Shown: positions 24,945 through 37,913 of the stretch, piece by piece
Layout: each line of letters opens with the position of its first letter
How positions within the stretch are numbered: position 1 is the first letter of the stretch
NCBI GenBank assembly: GCA_951804945.1
Contig: OX638149.1
Coordinates: forward strand, 87,172,001 to 87,236,000
DNA length: 64,000 nucleotides
From: Podarcis cretensis
Lineage: Eukaryota
Direction: 5' to 3'
Program-made: the position numbers and the translations under genes
Notes under the pieces: generated by a model
What the model was told of the DNA's origin: nothing
The model's input: the letters and a program-made list of their open reading frames with translations, nothing else
Database searches by the model: none

Positions 24945-25740
24945 GTATGTGCAAGGGGGTTCCTGTGGCAATTTCGATTTGCATGCTAAGTGGAATAGTC
25001 AGATACATCTTGCATGGGCCTACAAGGTGCCTGTCTGGCCATGTCATGTTTGCACATATGTGCATGTATGCTTGAAAGGGAGAGAAGCCTATGTGCATCC
25101 CATGTGAAAGGGATGTACTCCAGTGCACGCCTGCTGCATGTACACGTGTGCTCGGCCTGCATGTATGAATGGGACGTGAATCGGTGTACAGCTGCGTCCC
25201 AAGGGAGAGGCCATCCAAAGCCCTGGGGAGCCACTCCCCCTTGCATACACAGAACTCGCCGCTGCCTCAGACATTCCTTAACTGGCACGTGCCAGCGTTT
25301 CTGTACGAGCAATGGAGAGTCCAATTAAAGGCCCATTGTTGGGATTAATAGCTATGCCAAGCTCCCACACCGCCCCCTCCCTGGGCACAATAGAGGAGCG
25401 TGAGCGGAGGCTATTCAGGGGCATTGAAGCGTGGAGAGCTGCATGAATTCTGGATGGCTGCTTGAGCACTGCTCATGCCCACACTGAGCATGAAGCCAGC
25501 CCAAAAATCCTGCCCTGGGCAAGTGCCACCGAGCAGCAAGGGGAGGAACCCTGGGATGAACAATGGACCAAGGCAATCTGGTTTCAAGCAGAGGCTTTGA
25601 CTCCTCTTTCAAGGTGCCAAGCCCATACCCTTGACCGATTCCTAAAGGTCAGGCTACTTCAGGTTCCATCTTCACAAGGAAAGTGTATTTGAACCACTTT
25701 AGAATCTGGTCCTTGTCCAGGAAATGGGCACTTATACTCT

Positions 25741-26171
25741 GGACCAAACTAAGAGATGCAAAATGCCTCTTTGCATTTAATGTGCATGCTGGCTAAAAAT
25801 GCAAATAGTAGTGGCCAGAGAGAGGGGATAGTCATTCTCAAGATCACAATAGGTAGAGGGTGGGAGTTCTGACCCTTTCTTCTCTCCTGCTGCAGTCCTG
25901 ACAAAAAAAGCCACTCCTTTAAAGGCTGCTATTTGTATTGGAAAAAAGCACCCAAGGGTACTGATGGAGGGATTTCTTCCTAGTGCAAATAGCAACTTCA
26001 AAGGAGTTATTTTCTGCAGGACCACAGTATGGGAGGGAAGGGTTAAACTCTCCCTCCCTACCAGCTGGAATCCTGACAACTGTCTTCTCCTGCAAATGGC
26101 AGCTATTTGCATTTTTTAAAAATGTGCATATTAAATGTGAAGATGCATTTAACATCAGGTCTGTTTTGGCC
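25741..26171. mobile_element. ~430-bp fold-back MITE (Harbinger-like termini)
   Basis: Arms are degenerate reverse complements along most of their length, e.g. aaaaatgcaaatagt / gctatttgcattttt and ggtagagggtgggagtt / aactctccctccctacc. Confidence 0.7.
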
Positions 26172-27777
26172 ATTCACTGTTCCTATTTTCCAGGGATCAC
26201 CTTTTATCTGGTATATGTCCCTTGTAAAATGATGTCCTTATTTTGCCTGCCAGGAATGAATTTTAAGAAATGTTGAAGCCAAACATCATATCGCACTAAA
26301 GCATCTCTGCAAACAACATGGATGCAAACAACCTTTTTTTAAAAGTATAAACAGCAGGCAGGCAGAGGGATGGGTGATTAGCATCATAGCCATGGTTTGC
26401 ACAGGTTTAACCATTCCCTTCCGTACCATGATCCTGATGACCACCACTCAGCCCCCAAAAGCCTGTTGTTAGTTCTGTGAAGGAAGTTTCCATTGACACC
26501 AAGGAACACCAAAGTTCTTGCAGGTTTAAAGTTGGCTCTCTAGATAAGGAGTGACTAACCTGTGCCCACACTCAATATACTGATGGGCTATAACTCCAAT
26601 CATCCCTGACCATTAACCATCCTGACTGGGGTGATGAGAGCCTGGAGTTCAGCAACAGCCAGAGGCTGACAGCTTCTCCATTTGTGCTCTAAATTGTCTC
26701 TAGAAGCTAAATATATTGAGTGAGTGATGATCCAACTTTATTCCAGCGCACATACATGCAGATACATGCAGAACGAGCTTTGCTTGTCTTTGATTTCCCT
26801 ACCCCTGGTTCCTGTCCAGGTAATAAATGCTGCTGAGTCTGAGTTGCAGTTGCAGCCAGATCCACAGTGAGATTCACTATTCTAAGAAATCTGTTCTGGT
26901 CAGTTTGCTCACAGACCTTGCTTCGGAAGCTGATGCAGGACAGGCTGTGGCAGAGTAAAATGAATACAATGGGCAGCAAGCAAGGAAGAGCCTTCAGCAA
27001 CGTATAACACGTAATGATACTGAGAAGAGGGATTACAAGTCTCCCTGTTTTCATCTTGGAACTGTTGGAGGGCATGTACTCAAAAACGGCAGCAAGCAGA
27101 GGCCTTTCTTTGCAAGGGGAGTTAAAAATGCTGGCACTTAAGGCACCTGAAGCAAAAGACCAAAGTGATGTCCTCCTGCACTAGACTCAAGCACATTTGT
27201 GTCTAAAGCAAAAACGCGCACATTCGTTCTGCTTTTTTACAGAATAGCCCCTGAATAATAGCAGGTCAGATGGCTCACAGTGTATAGACCAGTGTGGGTT
27301 TTTTTTTTTAATAAAACGACAACAGTATATTTATTTGCAAACATTTCAAAAATTATAAAAAGCAGCCATCCAGAAGATATAGTACAGAGGGGAAACACAC
27401 ACATACCTCTGTATATATATGCCTAAAACCTCCACCCTCTAACAACCACCAGCAGCACCACTCCATTTGTTGCTGGGTATGCACCATCCTGGGATGAGTT
27501 TTGGCAGTGGCTGGGGGGGGGGGCTAGGTCCCCCTAAAAGTGTTACCAGTTTGGGGGGACAGATCCCCCTAAAATCTTAAATTTAGTAAATGTTAGGAAT
27601 AGATACGTTGTTTTGTGCTTGTAGCACAAAAACATAGTTTTTCTCAATCTGGAATCGTTCATGATCATCCTCACCACGCTTCTTTCAATCTAGATTTATT
27701 CTAGTTCCTGCCACCCACAAAGGTGAGTGTGATTACTATACTTGAGAGGTCTTTGAAACCCCTCCCTTTGATTAGAT

Positions 27778-27909
27778 CAGGGTTTCCCAAACTTGGGTCT
27801 CCAGCTGTTGTTGGACTAGTCCCATCATCCCTTGCTAGCAGGACTGGTGGTCAGGGATGACAGGAACTGTAGTCCAAAACAGCTGGAGTCCCAAGTTTCA
27901 GAAACCCTA
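27778..27909. mobile_element. Palindromic hAT MITE
   Basis: TIR cagggtttcccaaacttgg / ccaagtttcagaaaccct; 8-bp TSD gattagat / aattagat. Confidence 0.85.
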
Positions 27910-29444
27910 AATTAGATTATTTATGTCTTTTCCTTCCTGCACATGCCCCAGCTGAATGAACAAGTAGCTCTTGGTATGCACCTACCCACAATGTTAATTG
28001 GCAGGTGTGGACACACCCTCCATTACTGGGACCACCTACATCTATTCTTACCTGTTTTCAAATGGACACATTGAGGAACAATGCAGAACCCATCTGAAAT
28101 GAGCTTTTATTTTTAGAATGAAACCCATTCCTCAAGAGGCCCATTGCAAGGGCAGAAACATGCAGTAGATCTTGATTGTGTGTGGACTACGCAAAAAAAC
28201 CAAAAAAAAAAAAAAAAAACACCAACAACAACAAGTACTCAGTCTCCATTGCTTCAAGAATAAAATGTTGTGTGCACACAGCCAAGGACAAGCATGGATG
28301 ATTCTGGATGGAGAAAAATGGTGTTTTCGTGCTGCAAAAGGTTTGTGTCTACACAGCCTTATCAAGTTTGATCTGCTTGAGCTCTATGCCTTCAAAAGCC
28401 TTACCTGCTCATTTGTAGCAGATCAAGCTGCTGTTAAAGGCACAGGAGCAGGCCAGCTTTGTCATCTGCCCCCCCCACCCCTCCATTGGCGGTCCTCCTA
28501 ATGAAAGGTCCGGGGTGTGTGTGTCATGTGTTGTGCATTTGTTTGTCTCAATTTATACACGTTAGAAGTCCCCACTGCCTAAAGGCTGATCTATTACGGT
28601 ACTTTAAAATCTGCCCAGTGGCAATCCTCATGCATGGTCCTTGTGTCTGGTTCTAAACACAGAAGCAGCTGGGGGGTGGCCCTACCTCCTACAGTGAAGA
28701 GGCCCACTCAATTTAGGCAGGGAGAAAAACATCCAGCTTCCAGATCCTGAGCTTTGCCAAATTCCTCCCTTTTGCTTTTCTTTCTCCCCCACCCCCAGGA
28801 GAGGGGATGCTGACGCCACCACCCTGCATGTGGAGAGGGGGGTTTGAATGCCTGATGCTTTTCTCTCTAAGGTGCTGGCTCAGCATTCTCCTCCCTGCTG
28901 TAGCAGGGCAATGGGGGGTGGGGGCATATGGCCCCTACGGAGCCATCTTTTCCAGATGGCAAGGGCCGTTAGCATGGCTCCCGCACACTCAGAGCCATAA
29001 ACTTTATGGGGCTCATCAGTTAGGGTAATGGGAGCTGTTAAAGTCGCGCAGTTTAAGCAAACTCTCCTTGCAGGAGCCTGTGATGCCAACATAGGCACAG
29101 CTTTCTTCAGTCAGACCCATTTCTCAGCTAGGGAGGCAGGTACTGGCCAAGGGCTTCCCTGCCTCCAGTCAGGTTATGGAGTTCCAGCTTCTTCAGTGAG
29201 GCAAAGACCCCATTCACCTGATTCACACCCATGGCACTGTTATGGTTTTGTTAAAGCTTGGCATCCCCACACGTCTGCCACTCTAAGCCCATGCCAAGCT
29301 GTGGCATTTGTAATGTGCACCTGACCTGTATGGAATACATCTGTGCTTAGCTGTTGCACAGCAAGATTTTGGAAACTGTAGCAGTTTGCATGGGCAAATT
29401 TCTTAATTTAGATGTAACTGTGCAACAAACATGATGAGACAAGT

Positions 29445-29610
29445 GACTACATGCACACCAAATGTTTAAACCGCATAACGTCTTCCACGGAATCTTGGGA
29501 ACTGTAGTTTACCCTACAAAACCACAATTCCCTGCACTCTTAACAAACTATACGTCCCAGAATTATTTGGGGGAAGTCCTTTGCTTTAAGCAGATGGTGT
29601 GTATGCAGTC
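29445..29610. mobile_element. Palindromic MITE (Harbinger-like, ggctgcatacacacca family)
   Basis: TIR gactacatgcacacca / tggtgtgtatgcagtc; same family as 30213, 37541 and 60508. Confidence 0.75.
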
Positions 29611-30212
29611 GACAATTCCATTAACTGGAATTGTAATTATTTTGTGTTGAGACCCTTGGGGTTACTTCCTTTGGCCCTTGATCTTCCCTCTCTTTTCTGA
29701 TCAATTCCCCAGTTTAAAAGAAAAACCCACAAGGGGGAGTTGTTTTAATCTGTGATTTGTATCTTCCCCACCCACTCTCCTTACCTTGGCTTTGCACAAC
29801 TGTACAGCCTCACAGATTTCAATAGTGGGCCGTGTATTACATTATGGATCTGCTGGATATACAACAACCACTTTAATACAAGCATTCAAATAACGTCTCT
29901 TACCCCATATTCTTACATGGTTGTATGGGAGTGGGGCAGAGGAAGACAGAGAAATCAAATGGCAATAAACAAATCATGTTATGAGCTATGCAGAAGATGT
30001 GATTCTCTAATTGCATTTTGTATTCCAAGGCATGGCACCTTCCAGGTGTTGTTGGACTCCAACTCCCATTAGTCCCAATCAGCATAGCCCAAGGTCAGGC
30101 TCAGTGGGAGTTGCGAGTCCAACAATATCTGGGAGACAACACCATCACAACTCTCTCACTCACTTTCACCACAGATTCTGCATTCAGAATCAAAATCGTG
30201 GTAACTCTTAGA

Positions 30213-30393
30213 GGCTGTGTACCCACTGCACCTTTAAAGCATGTTCAAAGCACATTTTTTTCCCCTCAAAGAATTCTGGGCAACCTAGTTGCTAGGAATT
30301 GTAACTCTGTGAAGGTAAACTACAGTGCCCAGAATCCTTTGAGGGAAAGAATGGGCTTCAAATATGCTTTAAAAGCATAGTGTACACACAGCC
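30213..30393. mobile_element. Palindromic MITE (Harbinger-like)
   Basis: TIR ggctgtgtacccact / agtgtacacacagcc, with internal tttaaagcat / atgctttaaa. Confidence 0.75.
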
Positions 30394-31624
30394 TGAATGG
30401 TGTTGGATGAGATTATGCAGGTAGTCCTGTGCAATGAGCACACCCAGGGAGGATATAGCACGGCACTGAGATATATTTTTGGGCCTGATCTAAGAAAAAG
30501 AATCATGGCCAGGACTGGAGAGTAACTAACAGAGCACTCTTCTACCTACTTACCTAGCAGCAAGCCCCATTGAACTCTGTGGGCCTCACTTCTGAAAAGA
30601 CATCTATGTGCTGTAATGCCCTTTTGAGCACCACAGCTGGAAGAAGTCTTATGTGAACAATGTGGGAGTTGCTTCCTTTCCCAGTTTCCTTAACCATAAT
30701 TGCTGACGCAAAGTCCCCACCACATCCATAACCCACATTCTGTTACAAATCTAATTGTAGTTGTAATTTAATTAACCACAGGGTAGTTAAATAGTGTTCA
30801 GGGTTAACTAATCCTTGTTAAATGATTTTAAGTATGTGCCTTTTGCTTACTGGATGGCATTTTTCTCAACTGTAAGCCTGGGGACAGAGCTCGCATTGCT
30901 TTCAAATTTTGCACAGTGGTTACCAATTTTAGGCACTTTATAGGCAAGGAAGTAATACTGAGGAAATAGCTGAATTGGCTGTTTGGCCACAATAACATTT
31001 CAAGCAGGGTTACTCCTTCTGCCCCCCTCCCCACCCTAACTTTCAGGCCAGCAACTGAACACCCTAATAGTTTTGGGGCAGGGCAGATTTCCCCAGCAGT
31101 GGAATTTACTGAGATGTACAAAAGAAAAAGGCCCTGCCATCTAACAAAGTATTTCTCCCCTCGGTGATTGCAGAAACAGAGCAGGTCAGTCCACACAATA
31201 CTTATCCAACCTGGCAAGCAGCAATCCACAATTCATAGGAAGTGTCAGAACCTCTCCTCTGCATGTCTGCCCAGAGGTTCTGAAGGCCCAAGGCAAAACT
31301 TAACCGGAGGTCAGGCACAGCATACCTGTGTATAAAAACCAAGATATACTGCACAAATTGCCACACAAATGTCTTTATTAGATGTGAATCGAATGACATT
31401 GCTGATGACTACTAGCCAGGCACTGAGCAACATAAAAACAACAGCTTACATTACATGATTTTTTTCATAACACCATTTCAAGCTCTCATGGGACAGTAGC
31501 TGCTCTCCATACAGACAGAATCACATATTTCTAAATGTTGAAACTAGGTCTTCTTCTCTTTTCCAGCTTCCCTGACTTACCCGCTGCGACCCTTATTTTT
31601 CCTTTTCTAGAATTCTCTTTTTGA

Positions 31625-31760
31625 AATGGCCAGTTGCTGGGAACTGCAGGAGGAGAGAATTCTCAGGTCCTACTTGTGGATTTTCCACAGGCATCTGTGA
31701 GAATAGGATGCTGGACTGTAGATGGGCCACTGGCCCCATCCAACAGGCTCCTCTTATATC
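31625..31760 (+). mobile_element. CR1 LINE 3' UTR fragment
   Basis: gagaataggatgctggactgtagatgggccactggccccatccaacaggctcctcttat. Confidence 0.75.
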
Positions 31761-31782
31761 ATACCTCCACAGCTATGGTGCA

Positions 31783-32015
31783 GTGAAGCCAGTATGGTGT
31801 GATGGGTAGAGTCTTGGTCTAGGAGCTGAGAGACCGGGGTTCAATCCCTACTCAACCACAATGTTCACTGAGTGATCTGGGACAAGCCACTGTTTCTAAG
31901 TCTAACCTACTTCATAAAGTTGTTGGGAGCGTAAAATGGAGTGGAGAACCATGTATGCCTCCTTGGACTTCTTGGAGGTCAGGTGGGATATAAATGAAGA
32001 AACAACAACAACAAC
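31783..32015 (+). mobile_element. MIR/CORE-like SINE
   Basis: tRNA-like head (tggtgtgatggg..ggttcaatccc), core region, (CAA)n tail. Confidence 0.7.
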
Positions 32016-33273
32016 TCACTGCAGCACATATGCCATGTTGGGAAATGCCAAGTGGTCAGGAGAGAAGAGGGAGGCAAGTTTGTGTAGGCATTGGTTGTGA
32101 CCAAGGTGTCAGCTATGCAATTGAGCTGTAACACAAACACATCTACACATAGGATGGCAAGTCACAGAAGCCTGAATTTTCTACAGAGTGAAGAATGGCA
32201 GGGAGCCTAGATTAATGGGTACCGCATATTATTTGCATGCAGAAGGCTCCAGAGAGCTGCTGCCAGTCGGAGGAGAGAATAATAGGCTAAGGTAGGCTTA
32301 TCCACACTTACCTTTTGCCCCTCTCTTTCCAGGCACATGTATGTTCAAAAGCCTGTCCTGTCCTGTTTACATATCAATCTGCATTTTTTTTAGACAGCAT
32401 GAAATTTTGCTTTGTGTTTGCATACATCTTTCACAAAATACACATTTTTGCATGCACTTTATCTGAAAATATGCATGTTAGTATTATGTTATCATGAAAT
32501 ACAAATGTCAGTACATTTTTGAATAAAGAACCATATTGCAAGATTTGGAGAAGCATGGAAGGGCAAATCGGAAGTAGGTTTGTTTCAAAACACAGGCCAA
32601 GCAAAATACTCGAGCATCACCACTTGTTTTGAAGCAAACATAAACAGAAGGATGAGTCTGTCCAGGAGAACAGACATTATTCCTCTTGCATCTCAGGAAC
32701 ACAGATAAATGTAGTTAGGCTGAAGCAGGAGGTTAGATGATAGCATAATGGTTTGTGGCTGCTTTTACTAGAAAATCTAATTTTGTTAAATTAGGCATTT
32801 TTCTTGCTCATGTCCTTGCCCTTGTTTGGCCAAAATGAGGGATCGACGTGCCCTAAAGTATTCTACGAGTGTTCTCCTCCATTTCTTTGGAATATTTGGC
32901 TAGATGTGCTGTCTAAGGCGATTCAGAGCCATCAATGGGATCTGAACACTTCCTGGATTAGATGCTGTTCTCTTATGCTCTGGCAGATACTTTAGAGCTC
33001 TTTATTAGAATGCATTTATCCCACTTATATTACAAGCTCTAGCTCACTGGGTGTGAAACAGGATGTTCTGACAGCATTTTGTAATATGGAATTGGTGAGA
33101 TCTGCCTCACCTTATCCCAGGGTGCTGCACAAAATCCAGAGGGGTCCAGAATACAGAAGTCACCTCCACACTTGCTCCATTAAGGCAGCAATCCTATGTC
33201 CATAAGTATTATTTATACTGGACCACTGATGTACACAGAGCTTTGTAAGGTAAGACTGACAGTCGATTCTTGC

Positions 33274-33300
33274 TTCAGCACCGGCGGTGGGACAGCGGCC
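33274..33300 (+). promoter_or_regulatory. Non-canonical RE1/NRSE (REST site), 7-bp spacer
   Basis: Perfect half-sites TTCAGCACC (33274-33282) and GGACAG (33290-33295), separated by ggcggtg; local CpG retention. Confidence 0.6.
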
Positions 33301-35324
33301 TTCATGGCACTAAAGGCCACAGGCTAACTTAGGGAGTGCAGGGCAGGCCACATGGCACAAAAAGCTCTCTTCTCTCCCTGTTCCACAGCATTCACTGCCT
33401 GAGGTGGCTGCTTCTCTTTGCCTCCTGGGATCTTAGAGTCTAAATGTTGATAGTGGGAAGATATTAAACCAAGAGGCGGGAAGGGGAGACAAACATAGCA
33501 AGTATACAGGCTTAGGATCAGGCTGAACAACCAATATATTACCCACCATGCTCTATATTAGTGGAACAAATCTTGTGGACCAACCATCCCAAGTGATTGC
33601 ACCAGGTGAGAGAAAATCTATGAAGAACCTTGACATCCACTCTCTTGCAGGCAGGCAGGCTGCTTTTTTATTTTTATGAAAACATAAACAGGCCATAACT
33701 GGACTTGTTCTTGCTGTTATTCAACACAGAGAAAATACACGCTACTTGTGGTGCTACCTTAAGAAAATCCAAGGTTTCCTGCACCACAAAGCACTGGAGA
33801 TTGGAACAGTAAATCAAAATACAATACCATCCTACATATTCTCAACTCCTTGGCTAAATGACCCCCTGAGCAGTTAATTCAAGCAATCAAATCCAAGGTA
33901 ATGCTCAATTTGCTAATCTAACCACTAAAATAGCTTGGTGTGTAGACAATAAGTCGTAGTCCCAGAGCACAGAGAGACCAAATGGGCAAGGTGATATTGT
34001 TTATTGAACTAACATTTGTCAATGTAGAAGTATACAAATCATGGCAGGGGGAGGGGAGAGGAAACAAGTCTAACCAGTTACGCAGTTACAAGTCAGATTG
34101 CTGCAAAATTACGATGTTGGTAGACTGCTTCAGCAGAAAGACTATCCAATTCTTCTTCTTGTTTGATTAATCTTTGCCCCACAGACTGTACCCTTCCCTA
34201 GGGTCGGCACAGAACAGATGCTACATCTCCACAGTGACTGTCTGTTATCTTTAGCATAGCCTTCTCCAACCTGGTGCCCTCCAAATATTTTGGATTATAA
34301 CTCACATCATTCTCAGCCATCATGGCCAATACCTAGGCATGATGGGATTTGAAGTCCACTCACCCTCTGAGTGAGTTTTATTAAAAATGAAAACATGTCG
34401 TATGTACCATGTAGTTTGGCCCTAAAGCATGCACAGAAGGGAAAATTGTACCTAGTATAGCTTTTCTCATTACATAAAATCATACCAGGAATAATTTTCT
34501 CTTCTGCCCAGCCAGCAAGGGAATGTGATTGTGTTGACCAGGAGCAGATTTCTGTTTGGCAACTACACCACGAGTTCTGCTCAATTCTGGTATTCAAAAC
34601 AAATTCCTGGACTCAGATTTATTTCATTCTAAGTGGATGCCTTTCGCACCCACTTCCAGCGGGTCGTTCTTGTGGTTCAGGAGTGTGTGTGTATGTGTAG
34701 ATAACACCAAGCAGAACTTGCAAGTCTGAGGTCTGCTCAGCTCTGCCTTAGTTTATATAGCTGGAACAGTCCACTGTGATAGATGTGGGGACTAGAAAGG
34801 CCTCCTCTATATAGACAGTTGTAACAGTGAATGTCTTAGCACTCTGTCAGACCATAAAATGCTGATTCATGGTGTAAAGTCATTGTGACACATGAGAGGT
34901 ACCACCAGACTGCTAATCACACCACGGGCCCAGGATTGACAGTGTGGATTAACAATTGTCAACAGCATGCAGGAGACATGAGGGAAATCAATGCGTGTGA
35001 ATATCTTTGTGATCTGGGAACCATGATACATGTACGTCAAGGTCAGCAGGCTAGTTGGATGGATTGTAATCGAGAGCTTTACCAGACTAGAAAGAAGGAA
35101 GCAGAACAAACAAACACACACACACACACACACTGCTCGAGGCATAATGGAGACAGGCAGGTGTGTCCTTGGAGACAGAGGTGTGAGGACTTGAAAAGGA
35201 AAATGGGTGCTTTAATCAATTAAAATTCCTAAAAGCACTTCTCTAATTTATGAAATCCTGCTCCTTTTTTAACTTCACTATATCACACTCCCCCACTCTA
35301 GAAACCATTATGGATATACTAACA

Positions 35325-35700
35325 CAGGGTTAGGGAACCGCAAGTTTGGGGCGAAATGTAGCTCTCTAGACCTCTTTATCTGGCCCTTGGGGGCTCTCTC
35401 CAGACCACTCCCCTTTCTGAGCCACACCCCCTTTCTCAGGTCACACCCCCTCACCAGTCCTGCTTCAGACCTTCCTTGAGTGTTTTCACCTGGCCCGAAA
35501 GTGCCCTTGAACTCTGGTGATGCTTCTCACTTGCTTGGATGGGGAAGGTATGGAAGTGTGAGTAGAAACTCGTCAACTGTACGAAGGTAAAATTCATCTC
35601 TGTTGCTCTGCCCAATTTTGCCTCTGGCCCTGCCCACCAATGGCACATGACTTCCCAAAAGGTAATTCAGCCTCTGAGCTGAGAAAGTTCCCACAGCCCT
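35325..35700 (+). mobile_element. Non-autonomous hAT-like element (same family as 5801-6132)
   Basis: cagggttagggaacc ... aagttcccacagccct, with shared internal sequence. Confidence 0.65.
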
Positions 35701-37540
35701 TTACTTACCCCTTGCTCTTGCTCAGCTTCACCACCACCATGATCCTGTGCCACTTGTCCCTTGGACTCCTATAATCTAGTCCACTCAGGATGCTCTCATA
35801 ACCAGGCCTGTTGCTACAAGTAACTTATGACCCCACTCCTTTCGGCAAGCCTCATGGGGTCTACACTTGGGAAAATCAATAGTCTTGATCATAAATCAGT
35901 TACTAATAAAACATGTAACATTGGTTCACCAGTGTCCTGTCTCTTCCAGGGAACCCCACCCCACTTAACAAAACAGCCCATTAGAGGCCTGCTTCAGTGC
36001 TCTTTGAGAGAGGGAATAATTATGCCAAGGTAGGTTATGCTGGAACCTTGGACTACAGCAAAAGGAATACAGCTATTCTATGTATTATAGTCCAGGGGTA
36101 GTCAATATGGGTCCCTCTAGATGTTGTTGAACTCTCATCAGCCCCAGCCAGAATGGCAGAAGATGATGGGTGTTGTAGTCCAACAGCATCTGTAGTCTAT
36201 TTGCATGCACCTGATCAGTTCCTGGCTATCCTTACAGGCTTCTTTCCATCTGAACCTGTTCCAGCTCTGTTGTGCATTCATCATGCACTTTATAATAAAG
36301 AAGAGGGTTGTCTTCCATTTACACAAGTCGATGCAGAATCAGATATGATGTGGTTTTTAAAAACTAAACATACTTCTGGGATCACGGAAAGTGTTGGTAT
36401 TAATTTCCATCATTTCAGGTAAAGAATGACCTTTGTATACTTCATACGCATTATGATGCATTGATCAGCCAGGGTTACAGGCAGCTGTAATCACCTTGAG
36501 TTAATGATCTTGGATTTTTTGAGAGAGAACTTCTTGCTAGTCAATGTATTGTACAACAGACTCAATACAGAGGGTAACATTTGGACAAGTGGTGCAGGGA
36601 TAGAAAAGGCTATGAGCACCACCCCTGGGTTGCCAGGCAAGGACCCACAGAAGGGAAGTCAGAGCAAGGGGGCACAGTTGCATCCTGGCAACCCTACCAC
36701 CTCACAGCTTTGTCTAGTTCTAGAGAGGAATTCACATCTTGTAACGTGTACAACAATGGCTTTGCACCCATTGGTAGATTCTCCCTCACTTCCTCCCTTT
36801 GCAAATTTCCAACCCCCACCCCCACCCCCACTCACACGGCCAGATGTCAGAGCTGGTATCAGCCTCTGGTGAAGGAGCTTGTGAACTTGTCCCTCTGTAT
36901 GTACAGAAGCCTCCCAGCCCTGACCCACAGAGCCTGATTAATTACAGAGCAAGCCATTAATATTCACGGCTAATTAAAGATTCTTATCGTGACTAATTCA
37001 GCTTATTCTACATACTTGGATCAGAGACCACAGGCCCTTGGGAACTGAGGACAGTAAGAGGGAATGGAGATCACAGCCTGAGAGTCTGGGGCAAGGATGC
37101 AGTGGGCAGATCTAAGCTTTGGGTTGGTCCAAGAAAGGCATTTTACTGCCTGAAATGAAAGACAAGAAGGCACCCTGCAAAGACTTCCATTTGATGTACA
37201 AAAGTCAACCAGACTGGTAGGTGGAATCTTACTTCCAATACCCACAGTGGGACAGCATCGTCCACTACATCTGAGGGTGGAAGGCTAACTTGGGAAGCAA
37301 AAGGCTGGCAGTGTATGGCACATACAGGCTCATGCCTTCAGTACCTGACTACTTCCCAGCATCTACTGCTTGAGGCACCCACCTCACCCTGCCTAATGAT
37401 AGGGCTGGTCCTGGCCAGGGCATGGCAGTGGAGGGGACCTTGGTGATTCTGGTAGTGAGTGAGTGGAAGAGAGCCAAGAGGTGAAATGAGGTGTAGTCAG
37501 CCCACTGAACCTGAAAGAAAGAGAGGAACTAGGGATAGGT

Positions 37541-37913
37541 GGATGCATACACATAATACATTTCAATCTCACTCCCCCCCCCAAATATAATCCTGTAAAC
37601 TGTAGTTTGTAAAGGATGCTGGGAGGCACAGGTCACCCTTGTAAACCACTTAGAGCAGTGTGGGGAATCTTTAACCCAACCAGATGTTGCTGCACTACAA
37701 CTCCCCTCACCCCAGCAAGCATCGCCAATGGCCAGGGATGATGGGTCTTGCAGTTCAGCACCACCTGGACGACCAAAGGTTCCCCACACCCGAAGAAGAG
37801 GCCTTATTACAATCAAGCAGTATATAAATTGTGTTAAATAAACAAAGTACAGCTCCCAGTATTCTTTGCGGTGGGGGAAAAACGTGTTTTTAATGTATGG
37901 TGTGTATGCAGCC
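37541..37913. mobile_element. Harbinger-like MITE with nested hAT MITE (37656-37792)
   Basis: Outer TIR ggatgcatacaca / tgtgtatgcagcc; inner element cagtgtggggaatcttt..aaaggttccccacacccg. Confidence 0.7.
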
